Source: the human T2T-CHM13v2.0 reference genome, Homo sapiens. From it: 64,000 bases of DNA. The stretch lies in the NCBI RefSeq assembly GCF_009914755.1, contig NC_060932.1; one strand, written 5' to 3'. Positions 29,693-41,826 of this stretch are shown here, piece after piece. Each line of letters opens with the position of its first letter. The first letter of the stretch is position 1. The position numbers and the translations under genes were made by a program. The notes under the pieces are model-generated. The model was given only the letters and a program-made list of their open reading frames with translations. It was not told where the DNA came from and ran no database searches.

Positions 29693-32356
29693 CTGGGATG
29701 AACTTCCAAGTATGTACTTTTGGCAGCTACCATCATCCTCTCAGCGATGGAAGCACAAGAAGTCTGAAGTGCACTTTCTGACCTGAGAATAGTCAATGAA
29801 GTATAGTATTTAGCACAGCGTATATTTTTCCTTAATAATAAAGGAGAGATCCGTGGAATCAAACAGACCTTCCAGGGATAACCTTTCCACGTTCAGACTA
29901 TTGATTCTCTATCCGAGTGAAATTACCTGCCAGTGGAGAACAAGACAAGTCTTTGCATGAAATACTCTTGTGGAAGCTAGGCTGCCAAATAAAGCATCAA
30001 ATGGTAGAAACATGCACTGAAGTTTGAAGAGTTACTCGGTGCACAAAGTAGACTGTGAAAGACTTTGGGGAAATCATGCAATCACCGAGAGACTAATTGA
30101 TGACTTTCCCCAAATTTATGTGTGCCAGAAAAGAGAGATGGTCCTGACATTGTATAGTGAGTGGTTTCGGACGTGCGGCGGCAGTTTAAGAAAACATGAA
30201 ACAAAAAACTTGAGAAATCCAAAGGTATCCCAACTATAAGCTTTTGTTTATTAAAGAACTGATGAAAATAAAAACAACGTATCTCACAGCATGGGTGATA
30301 CTGTTTCCATACGTATGTGATAATGGCTCAACATTTCATAGAGATGAAATAAAAAGTTCTAATTTTGACAAAAGCAAACAAGGAAAATTATACCGTAGAA
30401 AAGCCCGGGTGACGGGAGTGAGGCCCTGTCTGAAGAAGAAAACATCGGAGACGTTTAAAAGCAGGGAGTGAAACAGAAGATAGCATAACCTTTTTAATGC
30501 TGGCCCTTGTTTCACAGGGAAAAGGCAAAAATAAGCCGTGTGTCTCCTGGATTCTCTCATCGATTGTTCATGGTCTGAGATGTTCCCTCCATTTCCAGTT
30601 ATGCATTGTATGGTGGAATTGCAGTTAGTACATTTGGTGCAAAAATTGTAATGCTGACGAAAGTGGACATGTTCCCTGAACTAAGAGGGACAGCATTTGG
30701 GTGTGTCTTCAGGCTCTCTGGCTTACCAGGAATGAAGATCCTGGCTCTAGGGATTTTCCCAAAATGTCTTAGACAGTAAGGAACAGGGCAGAATTGAGGC
30801 CCGGCGCCAAGGCCTCTGGGTGTAAAGAAACAGCCCTGGCTTCAAGGGCTCATGAAATTCGGATGATTTTAAGGAGGATGATGGAATGAGAGGACTGTGA
30901 CCTTTGGCCCCGTTTCTTTCCCTTGTCTTTTCATGGGCCAGGTGTGCTCCATCAGAAGGCTTCGTGCGCCTGATGTAAAGTGTCCTGGGGGAAGAAAGGA
31001 GCACTGCTTAGAAAGATGCTCCACAGGGAGAAAGAAGTCACCATTTTCAGGAGAATGATCCCCAGAAGCATGAGCAATGCAGATGTCGTGGCTTCACACA
31101 AGACGTCGGAGGGTCTTATTCCTGCAGCCGGGACCTGGGCATCGGTGTGCTTTCATGTTCCTAACTGATTTTGAGGGGAGCCCAATCGATAACCTGTCTG
31201 CGAGTCATGCTCATCACACTGTAGTTTTCACACACGTCACACGGAGACCCTGTTCGTATGCACATTTGGGTGCTTGAGCAGGGTTGCGCCCAAGATTCTG
31301 TGGTTCTACGGAGCCCTGAGTGGTGCCCTGGGCAGCTTTCCTCTGGGGTTGGTCAACTTTGATCACTGCACCTAACGAGAAAGGGACCATGAAATCTAAT
31401 CAGCAAATACAGACAAGCAAGGGGCCATTTCCCACAATCATTTCCACGGAAACACCACGTCGGATACGTAAGTCTGATTGCAGGACAGGGACTGTGCTTC
31501 AGAGATGCAGCTTTCGCAGCTGGACGAATGACCCGGAATCTCCCCAAATGCCATTTGTAAGCACACCAAATGAGGTTTATTTCAGGGCTTTCTGAATTTA
31601 TTTCAGTTGAATACACACACTCCTGTGTTTGATTTCCTTTATTATCAATACGACTTATTTCCAAATGACTGACATGCCAGTGGGAAAATTTTCCATTTCG
31701 ACTCATTGGAATTGGACACCGTGAAACAGGCAAGTCGGTCTGTCTGTTTCCGGCGTTATGTGGGTTCCAGCAAGAGCACAAGTCCCAGGGCGCCTGAGGT
31801 CCATTCAGAAACCAATGTAAAAACGGTGAGCCAGGGTAAGAAAGAAGAGCACCGTTCCTATCTTCTAAATGCATTCCAGTTTCCACTATTCAAGGTGGCG
31901 AGAATGATCCATGGATGTGCCACATGAGCAAAATTTCACCTTCTCGTGCCTCCCAACAACTGACGAATGAAACACACCCCAAGAGAAAATAGGAAACCGA
32001 GTCCCCTGCAATAACCTCACACTCAAACCTACACGTCAGTAGGTCATATTCAGAAATACACAGTGAATGTCATCTACCATGAACACAAACACACAGACAG
32101 TCTCTCCAGAGGTTCGGAAGACTCACGACCCCAAAACTTGATGTTTCCCATGTGTGGGCTCATCCTGAGATGCAGCCATCACTATCCAGTTGTCCCTGTT
32201 GTAGAGACAGAAACTTGGACTCCTCATTACTTTATGTAGGATTGACGGTGTTCGTGTTTGTGTGTGTGTGTGTGTTTGCGTGCGCGCTTGTGGGTGTATT
32301 TGTGCGTGTGTGTGTGTGCGTTCACCCCTACGTGTGGGTCGGCACTTCCACTGAGA

Positions 32357-33949
32357 TCACTGGCACACAAGCAGAGCCCTCTTGCTGTGTTTGTTCTTCC
32401 CTTTGGATCTCCTGGTCCTCCCTTGCAGAGAAGCGAGGGTGCCAGTGTTCACGGACTCCTGATCTGTCCGGGTCGTCGAAGAGAGGTTTAGCAGGGAGCT
32501 TTGCTGTTCAGGATGATGGTTTTTCATCCCACACTTGTATTTCGATTGATGAATCACAAGTACGTTGGGAGGCAGGGTACCTTCGACTTTTCTGACGTTG
32601 AACTCAGGCTTCGTTTTGTTTTGCTCTTGGGGGAATTTCCAGTGGTCTAAGGTGCTTTCCTGAGTGGCTCTTTCCACCAAGCGCTCGTCCAACTCGGGTG
32701 CCTGGAGGCAGGGGTGGTCTCTCTTGAGCTCTCCTTGCGTTACTCGCCTGTCTGTGTCTTCAGCGCCGAGGGCTCTTGGTTCCCTGCCTCTTGACACACT
32801 CTCACTGTGTCTTTCCCATTCACTCTTCTGGATGTAAAAGAGGACATAGGCCTGTTGACTCAGGACAGAAGTGATGCTACAGGCAGTGACCTTGGCATCA
32901 TCCATTTTATACCACTGGCCTTCTTGAGCTTTGACATAAGAGAAGTAATGTCCATCGTGACAACTCCACCCAGCGTGGACCAGCACAGCATAGAGGACAT
33001 AGACAAGAGGTCCTGTGTTCTGCTGAGACATGTATGGCTGCATGTCAAGGCACTCAGGATATTGCACATTCTTGGCAAGTTTGTTGCCTGTGACATCGGA
33101 GAATCTCTTCAAGACAAGGATGAGGACCTTGGCAGAAGTGTGTAAAGTTAACGTCTTGGAGGCCGGCGCCCTCTGGAGACAAAGACCGCAATGATAGGCA
33201 TTCTCTCCATTGAGTTCTTTGGGCTTCACCAACTGTTCCAAAGCTTGCTTGACACTCTGAGCTGCCTGGATATCCAGGGCGATGTCCAGGTAAGGGTCAA
33301 AAGTGTCTGAAATCCCGTGGCAGTGGAGACACTTGATTTGAGATCTCCAGCAGCCTCCAAATATTTGGTGGATGAGGGTGGTGTCCTTAGAGTGATGATC
33401 TACCTGCTTGTGGCCGGGAAGGCATGCCTTTTTCATGGCATCCACAGTGAACATGAGAAATTCATGGGCATCTTCCTGCTTGCCTCTATGGAAGCCAGCA
33501 GCCAATGCCTGTGAGGGCTGGATGACATGACCAGGACTGTGGAGGGCCCATGTGATGTGAGCTTGCATAGTACAGAGCATGCAGCACTTGGGACGCTGAC
33601 ATGTTTGAGAGTGCTCCCGGGACAGCATGTAGTTGGCAAGGGGCGGTGTGTATGTCAGGCACTGCAGGGAAGCGTTCTCGTAGCAGGTATTTCCCATATT
33701 CTGGAGCCCAGCCCCCACCGCAGCAGGTCTCCTGCTACTCAGAGGAAGCTTCTTCCTGGGAGCAAACTGTCTTGCCACAGGAGCCAAATCATCACAGAGG
33801 TCGACACGGGCCTCAGATGAGAGTGGTGAGTTCTCAGGGAGAGAAGTCCGCTGGATTTCAGCAAAAGCTGCATCTGGCCGAGAAGATGTGAGTTTTGAAA
33901 AGTGGTTGAACTGCCACTCACCTCCCAAGTAGAGTGAGTCGTCCTCCAT
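32357..33949 (-). CDS. USP17L2: Ubiquitin carboxyl-terminal hydrolase 17-like (DUB3), 530 aa, intronless, catalytic residues intact
   Basis: Cys box [10 protein letters not shown] (C89 TGC at 33683-33685), H334 (HDGHY), D350/D351, Zn-finger CLHC...CGLC, and a basic C-terminus ending LLVCQ. Confidence 0.93.
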   Translation of the reverse strand: MEDDSLYLGGEWQFNHFSKLTSSRPDAAFAEIQRTSLPENSPLSSEARVDLCDDLAPVARQFAPRKKLPLSSRRPAAVGAGLQNMGNTCYENASLQCLTYTPPLANYMLSREHSQTCQRPKCCMLCTMQAHITWALHSPGHVIQPSQALAAGFHRGKQEDAHEFLMFTVDAMKKACLPGHKQVDHHSKDTTLIHQIFGGCWRSQIKCLHCHGISDTFDPYLDIALDIQAAQSVKQALEQLVKPKELNGENAYHCGLCLQRAPASKTLTLHTSAKVLILVLKRFSDVTGNKLAKNVQYPECLDMQPYMSQQNTGPLVYVLYAVLVHAGWSCHDGHYFSYVKAQEGQWYKMDDAKVTACSITSVLSQQAYVLFYIQKSEWERHSESVSRGREPRALGAEDTDRRVTQGELKRDHPCLQAPELDERLVERATQESTLDHWKFPQEQNKTKPEFNVRKVEGTLPPNVLVIHQSKYKCGMKNHHPEQQSSLLNLSSTTRTDQESVNTGTLASLQGRTRRSKGKNKHSKRALLVCQ

Positions 33950-34030
33950 GTCGCCCGCAACAAGGATCACAAGGTTTTTCTGCTGGGACCGCAGGTTGCA
34001 GCAAGACGCTATCTCTTCCAAGAGAGTCTT

Positions 34031-34250
34031 CAAATGACGAGCTCTCTGGCCGCATCAGCCCTTATATAACTCACCCCCACCAACCGCGAACACCCCACCC
34101 ACCCATCAGGTGTGCGATAAACCAATCAAATATCAGCACTCAATTAAGGAATGAGTCACAGGGTGTGTCCCCTTGCATCGCTGGGAATTCAACAGACACA
34201 GCCCACATCATGACTTCTAGAACACCTGAATCAAATTACTCCTCAGGGTG
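34031..34250 (-). promoter_or_regulatory. USP17L2 proximal promoter
   Basis: Initiator-like TCATTT at ~34035, TATATAAG at 34061-34068 (~30 bp upstream), CACCC boxes, CCAAT at 34120-34128, AP-1 TGAGTCA at 34152-34158. Confidence 0.72.
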
Positions 34251-34355
34251 ATAGGCACATATAATATGAGTGTAACCGGGTTGGGACAGTGGCCACACAG
34301 TTGCCTTACTTTAGGTAAAAGAATGTCAGGGAAGAAATCTTTACCTATGAAACCG

Positions 34356-34383
34356 TGTGTGTATCTCTCTCTGTGTGTGTGTG

Positions 34384-34417
<34 letters not shown>

Positions 34418-34423
34418 CTTGTG
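34356..34423. repeat. (TC)n/(TG)n microsatellite upstream of USP17L2
   Basis: Read directly. Confidence 0.9.
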
Positions 34424-37400
34424 CTGGGATGAACTTCCAAGTATGTACTTTTGGCAGCTACCGTCATCCTCTCATCGACGGAAGGACAAGAAGTCTGAAG
34501 TGCGCTTTCTGACCTGAGAATAGTCAATGAAGTATAGTATTTAGCACAGCGTATTTTCTTCCTTAATAATAAAGGAGAGATCCGTGGCATCAAACAGACC
34601 TTCCAGGGATAACCTTTCCACGTTCAGCCTATTGACTCTCTATCCGAGTGAAATTACTGGCCAGTGGAGAACAAGACAAGTCTTTGCATGAAATGCTCTT
34701 GTGGAAGCTAGGCTGCCAAATAATAAAGCATCAAATGGTAGAAACATGCACTAAAGTTTGAAGAGATACTCAGTGCACAAAGTAGGCTGTGAAAGACTTT
34801 GGGGAAATCATGCAATCACCGAGAGACTAATTGATGACATTCCCCAAATTTATGTGTGCCAGAAAAGAGAGATGGTCCTGACATTGTATAGTGAGTGGTT
34901 TCGGACGTACGGCGGCAGTTTAAGAAAACTTGAAACAAAAAACTTGAGAAATCCAAAGGTATCCCAACTATAAGCTTTTGTTTATTAAATAACTGATGAA
35001 AATAAAAACAACGTATCTCACAGCATGGCTGATACTGTTTCCATACTTACGTGATAATGGATCAACATTTCATAGAGATGAAATAAAAAGTTCTAATTTT
35101 GACAAAAGCAAACAAGGAAAATTATACCGTAGAAAAGCCCGGGTGACGGGAGTGAGGCCCTGTCTGAAGAAGAAAACATCGGAGACGTTTAAAAGCAGTG
35201 AGTGAAACAGAGGGTAGCATAACCTTTTTAATACTGGCCCTTGTTTCACTGGCAAATGGCAAAAATAAACCGTGTATCTCCTGGATTCTCGCATCGGTTG
35301 TTCATGCTCTGAGATGTTCCCTCCATTTCCAGTTATGCATTGTATGGTGGAATTGCAGTTAGCACCTTTGATGCAAAAATTGTAATGCTGACGGAAGTGG
35401 ACATGTTCCCTGAACTAAGAGGGACAGCATTTGGGTGTGTCTTCAGGCTCTCTGGCTTACCAGGAATGAAGATCCTGGCTCTAGGGATTTTCCCAAAATG
35501 TCTTAGACAGTAAGGAACAGGGCAGAATTGAGGCCCGGCGCCAAGGCCTCTGGGTGTAAAGAAACAGCCCTGGCTTCATGGCCCATGAAATTAGGATGAT
35601 TTTAAGGATGGTGATGAAATGAGTGGGCTGTGACCTTTGGCCCTGTTTCTTTCCTTTGTCTTTTCATGGGCCAGGTGTGCTTCATCAGAAGGCTTCCTAT
35701 GCCCGATGTAAAGTGTCCTGGGGGAAGAAAGGAGCACTGCTTAGAAAGATGCTCCACAGGGAGAAAGGAGCCGCCATTTTCAGAAGAATGTTCCCCAGAA
35801 ACATGAGCAATCCAGATGCCGTGGCTTCACACAGGGTGTTGGATGGTCTTATCTCTTTAAGCGGGACCTAGGAATTGTTGTCCTTTAATGCTCATAACTG
35901 CTTTTGAGGTGAGCCGAATTGATGTCCTGCCTGCGTGTCATGCTCATTGCACTTTAATTCACACACATGTCACACACAAACACTCTGAATAAGCACATTT
36001 TTGTTCTTGAGCAATATTTCACCTAAGATTCTGTGGTTCTACCGAGCCCTGAGTTCTGTCCTGGACATCTCAACTCTTTGGTAGGTCAACTTTGATCTTT
36101 GTACCTAATGATAAATGGACCATGAAATCTTATCAGCAAATATACAAAAGTAAGGGGCCATTCTCCACAATCGTTTCTCTCTGGTAGGTCATCTTTGATA
36201 ACTGTACCTAACAAGAAATGAATATGTGATGATTCCTAATCAAAAAATTTCTTGATTTTTTGCCATTTTAATTAATTCTGTTAATGTTTAAATAGAGTTT
36301 TAAACCCGAGATTTGGCATGAAGTCTAATCGTCAAATACACAAAAGGAAGGGTCCATTCTTCAAAATCTTTTCCACTGAAAGACCACCTCTGATATACAA
36401 GTCTCGTTGCATTACAGGGATCCTGCTTCCAAGATGCAGCTTTCACAGCTTGATGATTGACCCAGAATCTCCTCTAATGCCATTTTTTTACACCCAAAAT
36501 GAGATTTATTTCAGGGCTTCCGGATTTTATTTTAGCTGAATACATCCACTCTTCTGTTTCCATTTCTTTCAAACTCTTTTAAATAATTATCTTGCTGCAT
36601 CAGCCCTTATATAACTACTGTCCACCCACCGAGACCATTACATTTATCCATCAATTACCCTATTTACTAATAATATATCAGGATTCAATTAAGTTTTTTG
36701 TCTTAGGTTGTATCCTCTTGCATTCCTCAGAGAATTTAATGGACACTGCTTACACTGTGACTATGGAAGAGTTGAAGCAGATTTACTTGTCAGTATTATG
36801 AGCAAATATGTTAGGTGTGGAACCGGGCTAGGATAGTAGCTAAACATTTGCCTTATTTCATATATAACAATGCTATTTAACAATTGTGTACATATTAAAC
36901 AGTTTGTGTGTATGAGAGAAATATTCATGGCATTTTTAATCCAAGGGTTTCTTGTATATGACATCATTTTTAAAAAAGTCAAAATCAGAAAAGCTTCACA
37001 AATTGGAAGATATCTAAGCTAAAACCTTTTGTTTCTTAAAGGAACGATGAAGATAATTGCAATGTAACACACGGCATGTGTGATAATGTTTTAATACATA
37101 TCTAAAAATGCCTTAAAATTCAATAGAAGTAAAATAACAACTTCTAAAACTTGACAAAAGGAAACAACAAAAATTACACACTGGAAAAGCCTGGCTGACT
37201 GGAGTGAAATCCTGTCTCAAGAAGGAACAGACAAACACACAAACAAGCAAAGGATTCTAAAAGCAGGGAATCAAACAGATACTTGTACACCATTCTTCCT
37301 ACTAGCAATCTTCATAGTAGGAAAAGGCAAAAACAACCCAAATGTGTGGTGAATTACTTCATCAGTTTTTTAGGATCTGCAATACTGCCTCAATTTTCAG

Positions 37401-37565
37401 TTACTCATTGTGGGGAGAACCTGCAGTTACCACATTTGTTCCAAAATTTTATGGTGATGAAGGTAAACCTGTCCGGCATTCTCAGAGGGACAGAATTCTG
37501 GTGTTTCTCCAGGTTCCTTGGCTTATCAGGAATGAAGATCCAAGCTGTATAGACGTTTTTCAAAA

Positions 37566-37617
37566 GTATGTACGTACGTATGTATGTATGTATGCATGTA
37601 TGTACGTATGTACGTAT
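37566..37617. repeat. (TATG/TACG)n microsatellite at the L1 3' end
   Basis: Read directly. Confidence 0.85.
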
Positions 37618-37619
37618 TT

Positions 37620-40058
37620 CCTCTTTTTAAATTTAAAAAATACAGGATACATGTGCAGAACGAGCAGGCTTGTTATATAGGTATCCTCTGCTATGGTGGT
37701 TCGTTGCACCTATTGACTTATCCTGTAAGTTTCCTTCCCTCACCCCCAGCCCCCAACGGGCTGTGTTGTGTGTTGTTCCTCTCACTGTGTCCTTGTTTCC
37801 TCAGTGTTCAACTTTCACTTATTAGTGAGAACATGCGGTATTTGTTTTTTTTGTTGTTGTTGTTCCTGTGTTAGTTTGCTCAGTATGATGGCTTCACCTT
37901 CATCCATGTGCCTGCAAAAGACATGATCTCATTCCTTTTTATGACTGCATAGTATTTTTTGGTGTATACGTACCACATTTTCTTTATCCATTCTAGCACT
38001 GAAGGGCATTTGGGTTGGTTTCATGTCTTTCCTATTGTATATAGTGCTGCAATAAACATACGTGTGCATGTGTCTTTATAGTGGAATGATTTATATTCCT
38101 TTGGGTACATAGCCAGTAATGCGATTGCTGGGTCAAATGGTATTTCTGGTTCTAGATCCTTGAGGAATCGCCATACTGTCTTCCACAATGGTTGAACTAA
38201 TTTACAGTTTCACCAACAGTGTAAAAACCTTCCTCTTTCTTCTCAGCCTCACCAGCATCTATTGTTTCTTAATTTTTTAATAATCGCCATTCTGACGGGT
38301 GTGAGATGGTATCTCACTGTAATTTTGATTTTCATTTCTCTGATGATCAGTGTTGTTGAGCTTTTTAAAAATATATTTGTTGGTTGCATAAATGTCTTCT
38401 TTTGATAAGTTTCTGTTCATATCTTTTGCTCACTTTTGATGGGGTTGTTTGTTTTTTTGCTTGTAAATATGTTTAAGTTCCTTGTCAACTTTGGTTATTA
38501 GACCTTTGTCAGATGGGCAGATTGCAACAATTTTCTCCCATTCTGTAGGTTGCTTTTTCATGCTGATGATAGTTTCTTTGCTGTGCAGAAGGTCTTTAGT
38601 TTAATTAGATCCAATTTGTCAATTTTGGCTTTTGTTGCAATTGCTTTTGGCATTTTTTTCATGAAGTCTTTGCCCATGCCTATGTCCTGAATGGTATTGC
38701 TTAAATTTTCTTCTAGGGTTTTTATGGTTTTGGATTTTACATTTAAGTCTTTAATCCATATTGAGTTAATTTTTGTATAAGGTGTAAGGAAGGGGTCCAG
38801 TTTTAGTTTCTTGCCTATGGCAAGCCAGTTTTTCCAGCAGCATTTACTGAATAGGAGATCCTTTCTCCCTTGCCTGTTTTTGTCAGGTTTGTCAAAGATC
38901 AGATGGTCGTAGATGTGTGGGGTTATTTCTGAGGTCTTTGTTCTGCTCCATTGGTCTATATGTCTGTTTTGGCAGCAGTAGCATGCTGTTTTGGTTACTG
39001 TGGCCTTCTAGTATAGTTTGAAGTTAGGTAGCGTAATGCCTCCAGCTTTGTTATTTTTGCTTACAATTGTCTTGGCTATACAGGGTATTCTTTGATTTCA
39101 TATGAAATTTAAAATAGTTCTTTCTAATTCTGTGAAAAATATCAATGGTAGCTTGATGGGTACAGCATTGAATCTATAAATTAGTTTGGGCAGTATGGAC
39201 ATTTTCACAATATTGATTCTTCCTATTCATGAGGATGGAATGTTTTTCCATTCATTTGTGTCCTCTCTTATTTCCTTGAGCAGTGGTTTGCAGTTGTCTT
39301 TGAAGAGGTCCTTCACATCTCTTGTACTCCTAACTGTATCCCCAGGTATTTTATTCTCTTTATAGCAATTGTGAATGGGAGTTCATTCTTGATCTGGCTC
39401 TCTGCTTAACTATTGTTGATGTAAAGGAATGTTTGTGATTTTTGCACAATGATTTAATATCTTGAGAACTTGGTAAAGTTGCTTATCAGTTCAAGAAGTT
39501 TTTGAATTGAGATGATGGGGTTTTCTAAATATAAAGTCATGTCATCTGCAAACAGAGACAACTTCACTTACTCTCTTCCTATTTGAATACATTTTATTTC
39601 TTTCTCTTGCCTGATAGCCCTGGTGAGAACTTCCAATACTATGTTGAATAGAAGTGGTTACGGAGGACATCCTTGTCTTGTACCAGTTTTTGAAAGGAAT
39701 GCTTCCAGCTTTTGCCTATTCAATATGATGTGGGCTGTGGGTTTGTTATAAATAGCTCTATTATTTTGCAATATGTTCCATCAGTACCTAGTTTATTGAG
39801 AGTTTTTAACATGAAGGGATGGTGAATTTTATCAAAGGCATTTTTGCATCTATTGAAATAATTGTCTGGTTTTTGTCTTTGGTTCTGTTTATGTGATCAA
39901 TTACATTTATTCATTTGTGTATGTTGAACCAGCCTTTCATCCCAAAGATGCAGCCGACTTGATTGTGGTGGATAAGCTTTTTGATGTGCTGCTGGATTCC
40001 GTTTGCTAGTATTTTATTAAGAATTTTTGCATTAATGCTCATCAGGGATATTGGCCTG
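37620..40058 (-). mobile_element. L1PA-type LINE-1, 5'-truncated (~2.4 kb)
   Basis: L1 3'UTR and continuous ORF2 3' sequence (e.g. gtcatctgcaaacagagaca, ggatattggcctg). Confidence 0.95.
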
Positions 40059-40069
40059 GATTGAGCAGG

Positions 40070-40160
40070 TATGTGTGTGTGTTTCTACCTTGGTTTGCCA
40101 GTAGGTTGATGTGTGAGTGTGTGTGACTGTGTGTGTGTGTGTGTGTGTGGGTGTGAATGT
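40070..40160. repeat. Imperfect (TG)n microsatellite
   Basis: Read directly. Confidence 0.8.
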
Positions 40161-41826
40161 GCGATAGAGAGCCAAACTAGAGCAGAGGAAGTTCCCTGGC
40201 CTGCCATGACATTAAATGTTCTGAATTCAAGATACCAAGGGAGGCATGAGACCCACAGTGGAAACTTCATGATGTGGCCAGGTTTCAGGGGTTTCTGGGA
40301 GCTGCCAGTGGGCATGTCTCAGGCTTGCTCCCACTGACAATCCATGTCTTCTCTCTAAATGGGAGATGGCTCTGTATGGAGAACAGGCAACAGAGAGCAT
40401 GATATAAGGGTTCTACCTCATACTCACTAGGAAAGAAAACAGTTTTCATCATCTCTCACTCCATTCACAATGTAACTCTATAGACACAGGGGACAGTTAC
40501 CTTAAATATTAGCATAGCTAAAGTCCTCAGACCAAATTAGATGTCCTACCTTCTCATGTGGATCAGATCCTAAAAAAACAACTGCTTCCTGTGGTCATTA
40601 TCTTTTATCCCAGGCCATTTCCAATCCAGCGGAAGACCTTCTAGAAGAGATGATGGTGGGAGAGTGCTGACATACTATGTGAAGCTACTATTTGGAGTTG
40701 GACACGAGTGCATGTGTCCTTGTGCCACAACGGGAATGTGAGCTGGATGACAAATGGAGATTTGGACTTGTGATAATTGGCCTCTGTGTCATTGTGTGGA
40801 AGACTGACTGGTCCCTTTATTTCCTGTAGCTTGACTACAACACAAATGAATCCACTCAAATGTTGGCAAGTGGAGCAGAGTCCCAGAACAGGTAAGGCAC
40901 TTTCCCTGCTTTTTCTTAAGATCAATCCTCATGCCTACAAATTAAAGTCACATCCCACACGATCATTAAAGTAGAGAGTGCATTCTGCAGGATGAGTGAA
41001 AAGGCATTTATGATTCTTGGGGGCAGATGTTCTACAGTTGCCTGTGCTAGTTCATGTCTTTCTGCAGATCACATTCTTAACCTCTAGAGAGTCTGGCAGG
41101 ACCAGAGCCTTACCTTTCCCAGTCTGCAATCTCTACAGGTACAGAAACACCCCCAGTTCAAGGATCTTCACACCTGGATTTAGGCCTACTCCTGCAACTA
41201 CCCCAGGTAAGTTTCCTTGTTCTTCAATGGCAAAGTTTGGACAATGCTGTTCAAACTCCAGGCAACAAGCAACATCTAGGGAATGTGCTTTTAGGTAGGG
41301 TCAGCATAATATCCCACCCTGGGAGACATTTTTATTTTAAAGTTGTAGAGGGTGTTGCTGCTGTCGGCTCCCTGCCAATCAGCACCATTTGCAGCCTCTT
41401 TTGAAGACAGAGAACTGAGGGCTGTCCTTCGAATGGAGCAGTGTGATTCCAAAAAAAGAGATGCTCCTTGTGGTCCTGGGACCAGGGATAGGACTCCAGT
41501 TGAGCCTGGTGGAAGAGGTCCTTGTCCTACCCCAACGGAGAGCCATGCAGCTGAGCTTGGGCGATGTGGTCCACGTGGTTGTTTCTGAGTGTGTCCTGAG
41601 GTTGCAGGATGGCTTGCAGTTCCCTATGCAGATCCAATGCATCTTTTGCTTTTTTGCTTCTACAACCTGGAATTTATATGTTCAAGATGGAGCCATCCCA
41701 GCCATGACAACAGAGAATGTACCACTCTCACGTGAGGAAGAGGGGTAGGCAGTGCTCCTGTATCACCAGCCCTTAATGAGACCCTGAGGAAACCACATCA
41801 TGGAGATCAGCCCTTCTCTCCTGTAA

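Larger units (their letters stand above)
22480..37565. repeat. RS447 megasatellite (~4.7 kb unit): three gene-bearing units plus degenerate edge units
   Basis: USP17 ATGs at 24505, 29220 and 33949 (spacing 4715 and 4729); spacers are collinear and highly similar. Confidence 0.93.

Noticed and set aside
33950-34033. 28-aa N-terminal extension of the USP17 ORFs (558-aa calls)
   Set aside because: Starts at a TTG only ~2 nt from the predicted TSS; the ATG giving the 530-aa protein is the credible start.
24490-36540. Many short ORFs recurring in each spacer and antisense to USP17
   Set aside because: The recurrence reflects the tandem DNA repeat; lengths and frames differ between units and no domains are present.
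41340-41650. Faint resemblance to the FAM90A C-terminus on the - strand
   Set aside because: Needs several frameshifts and cannot be distinguished from chance by eye.
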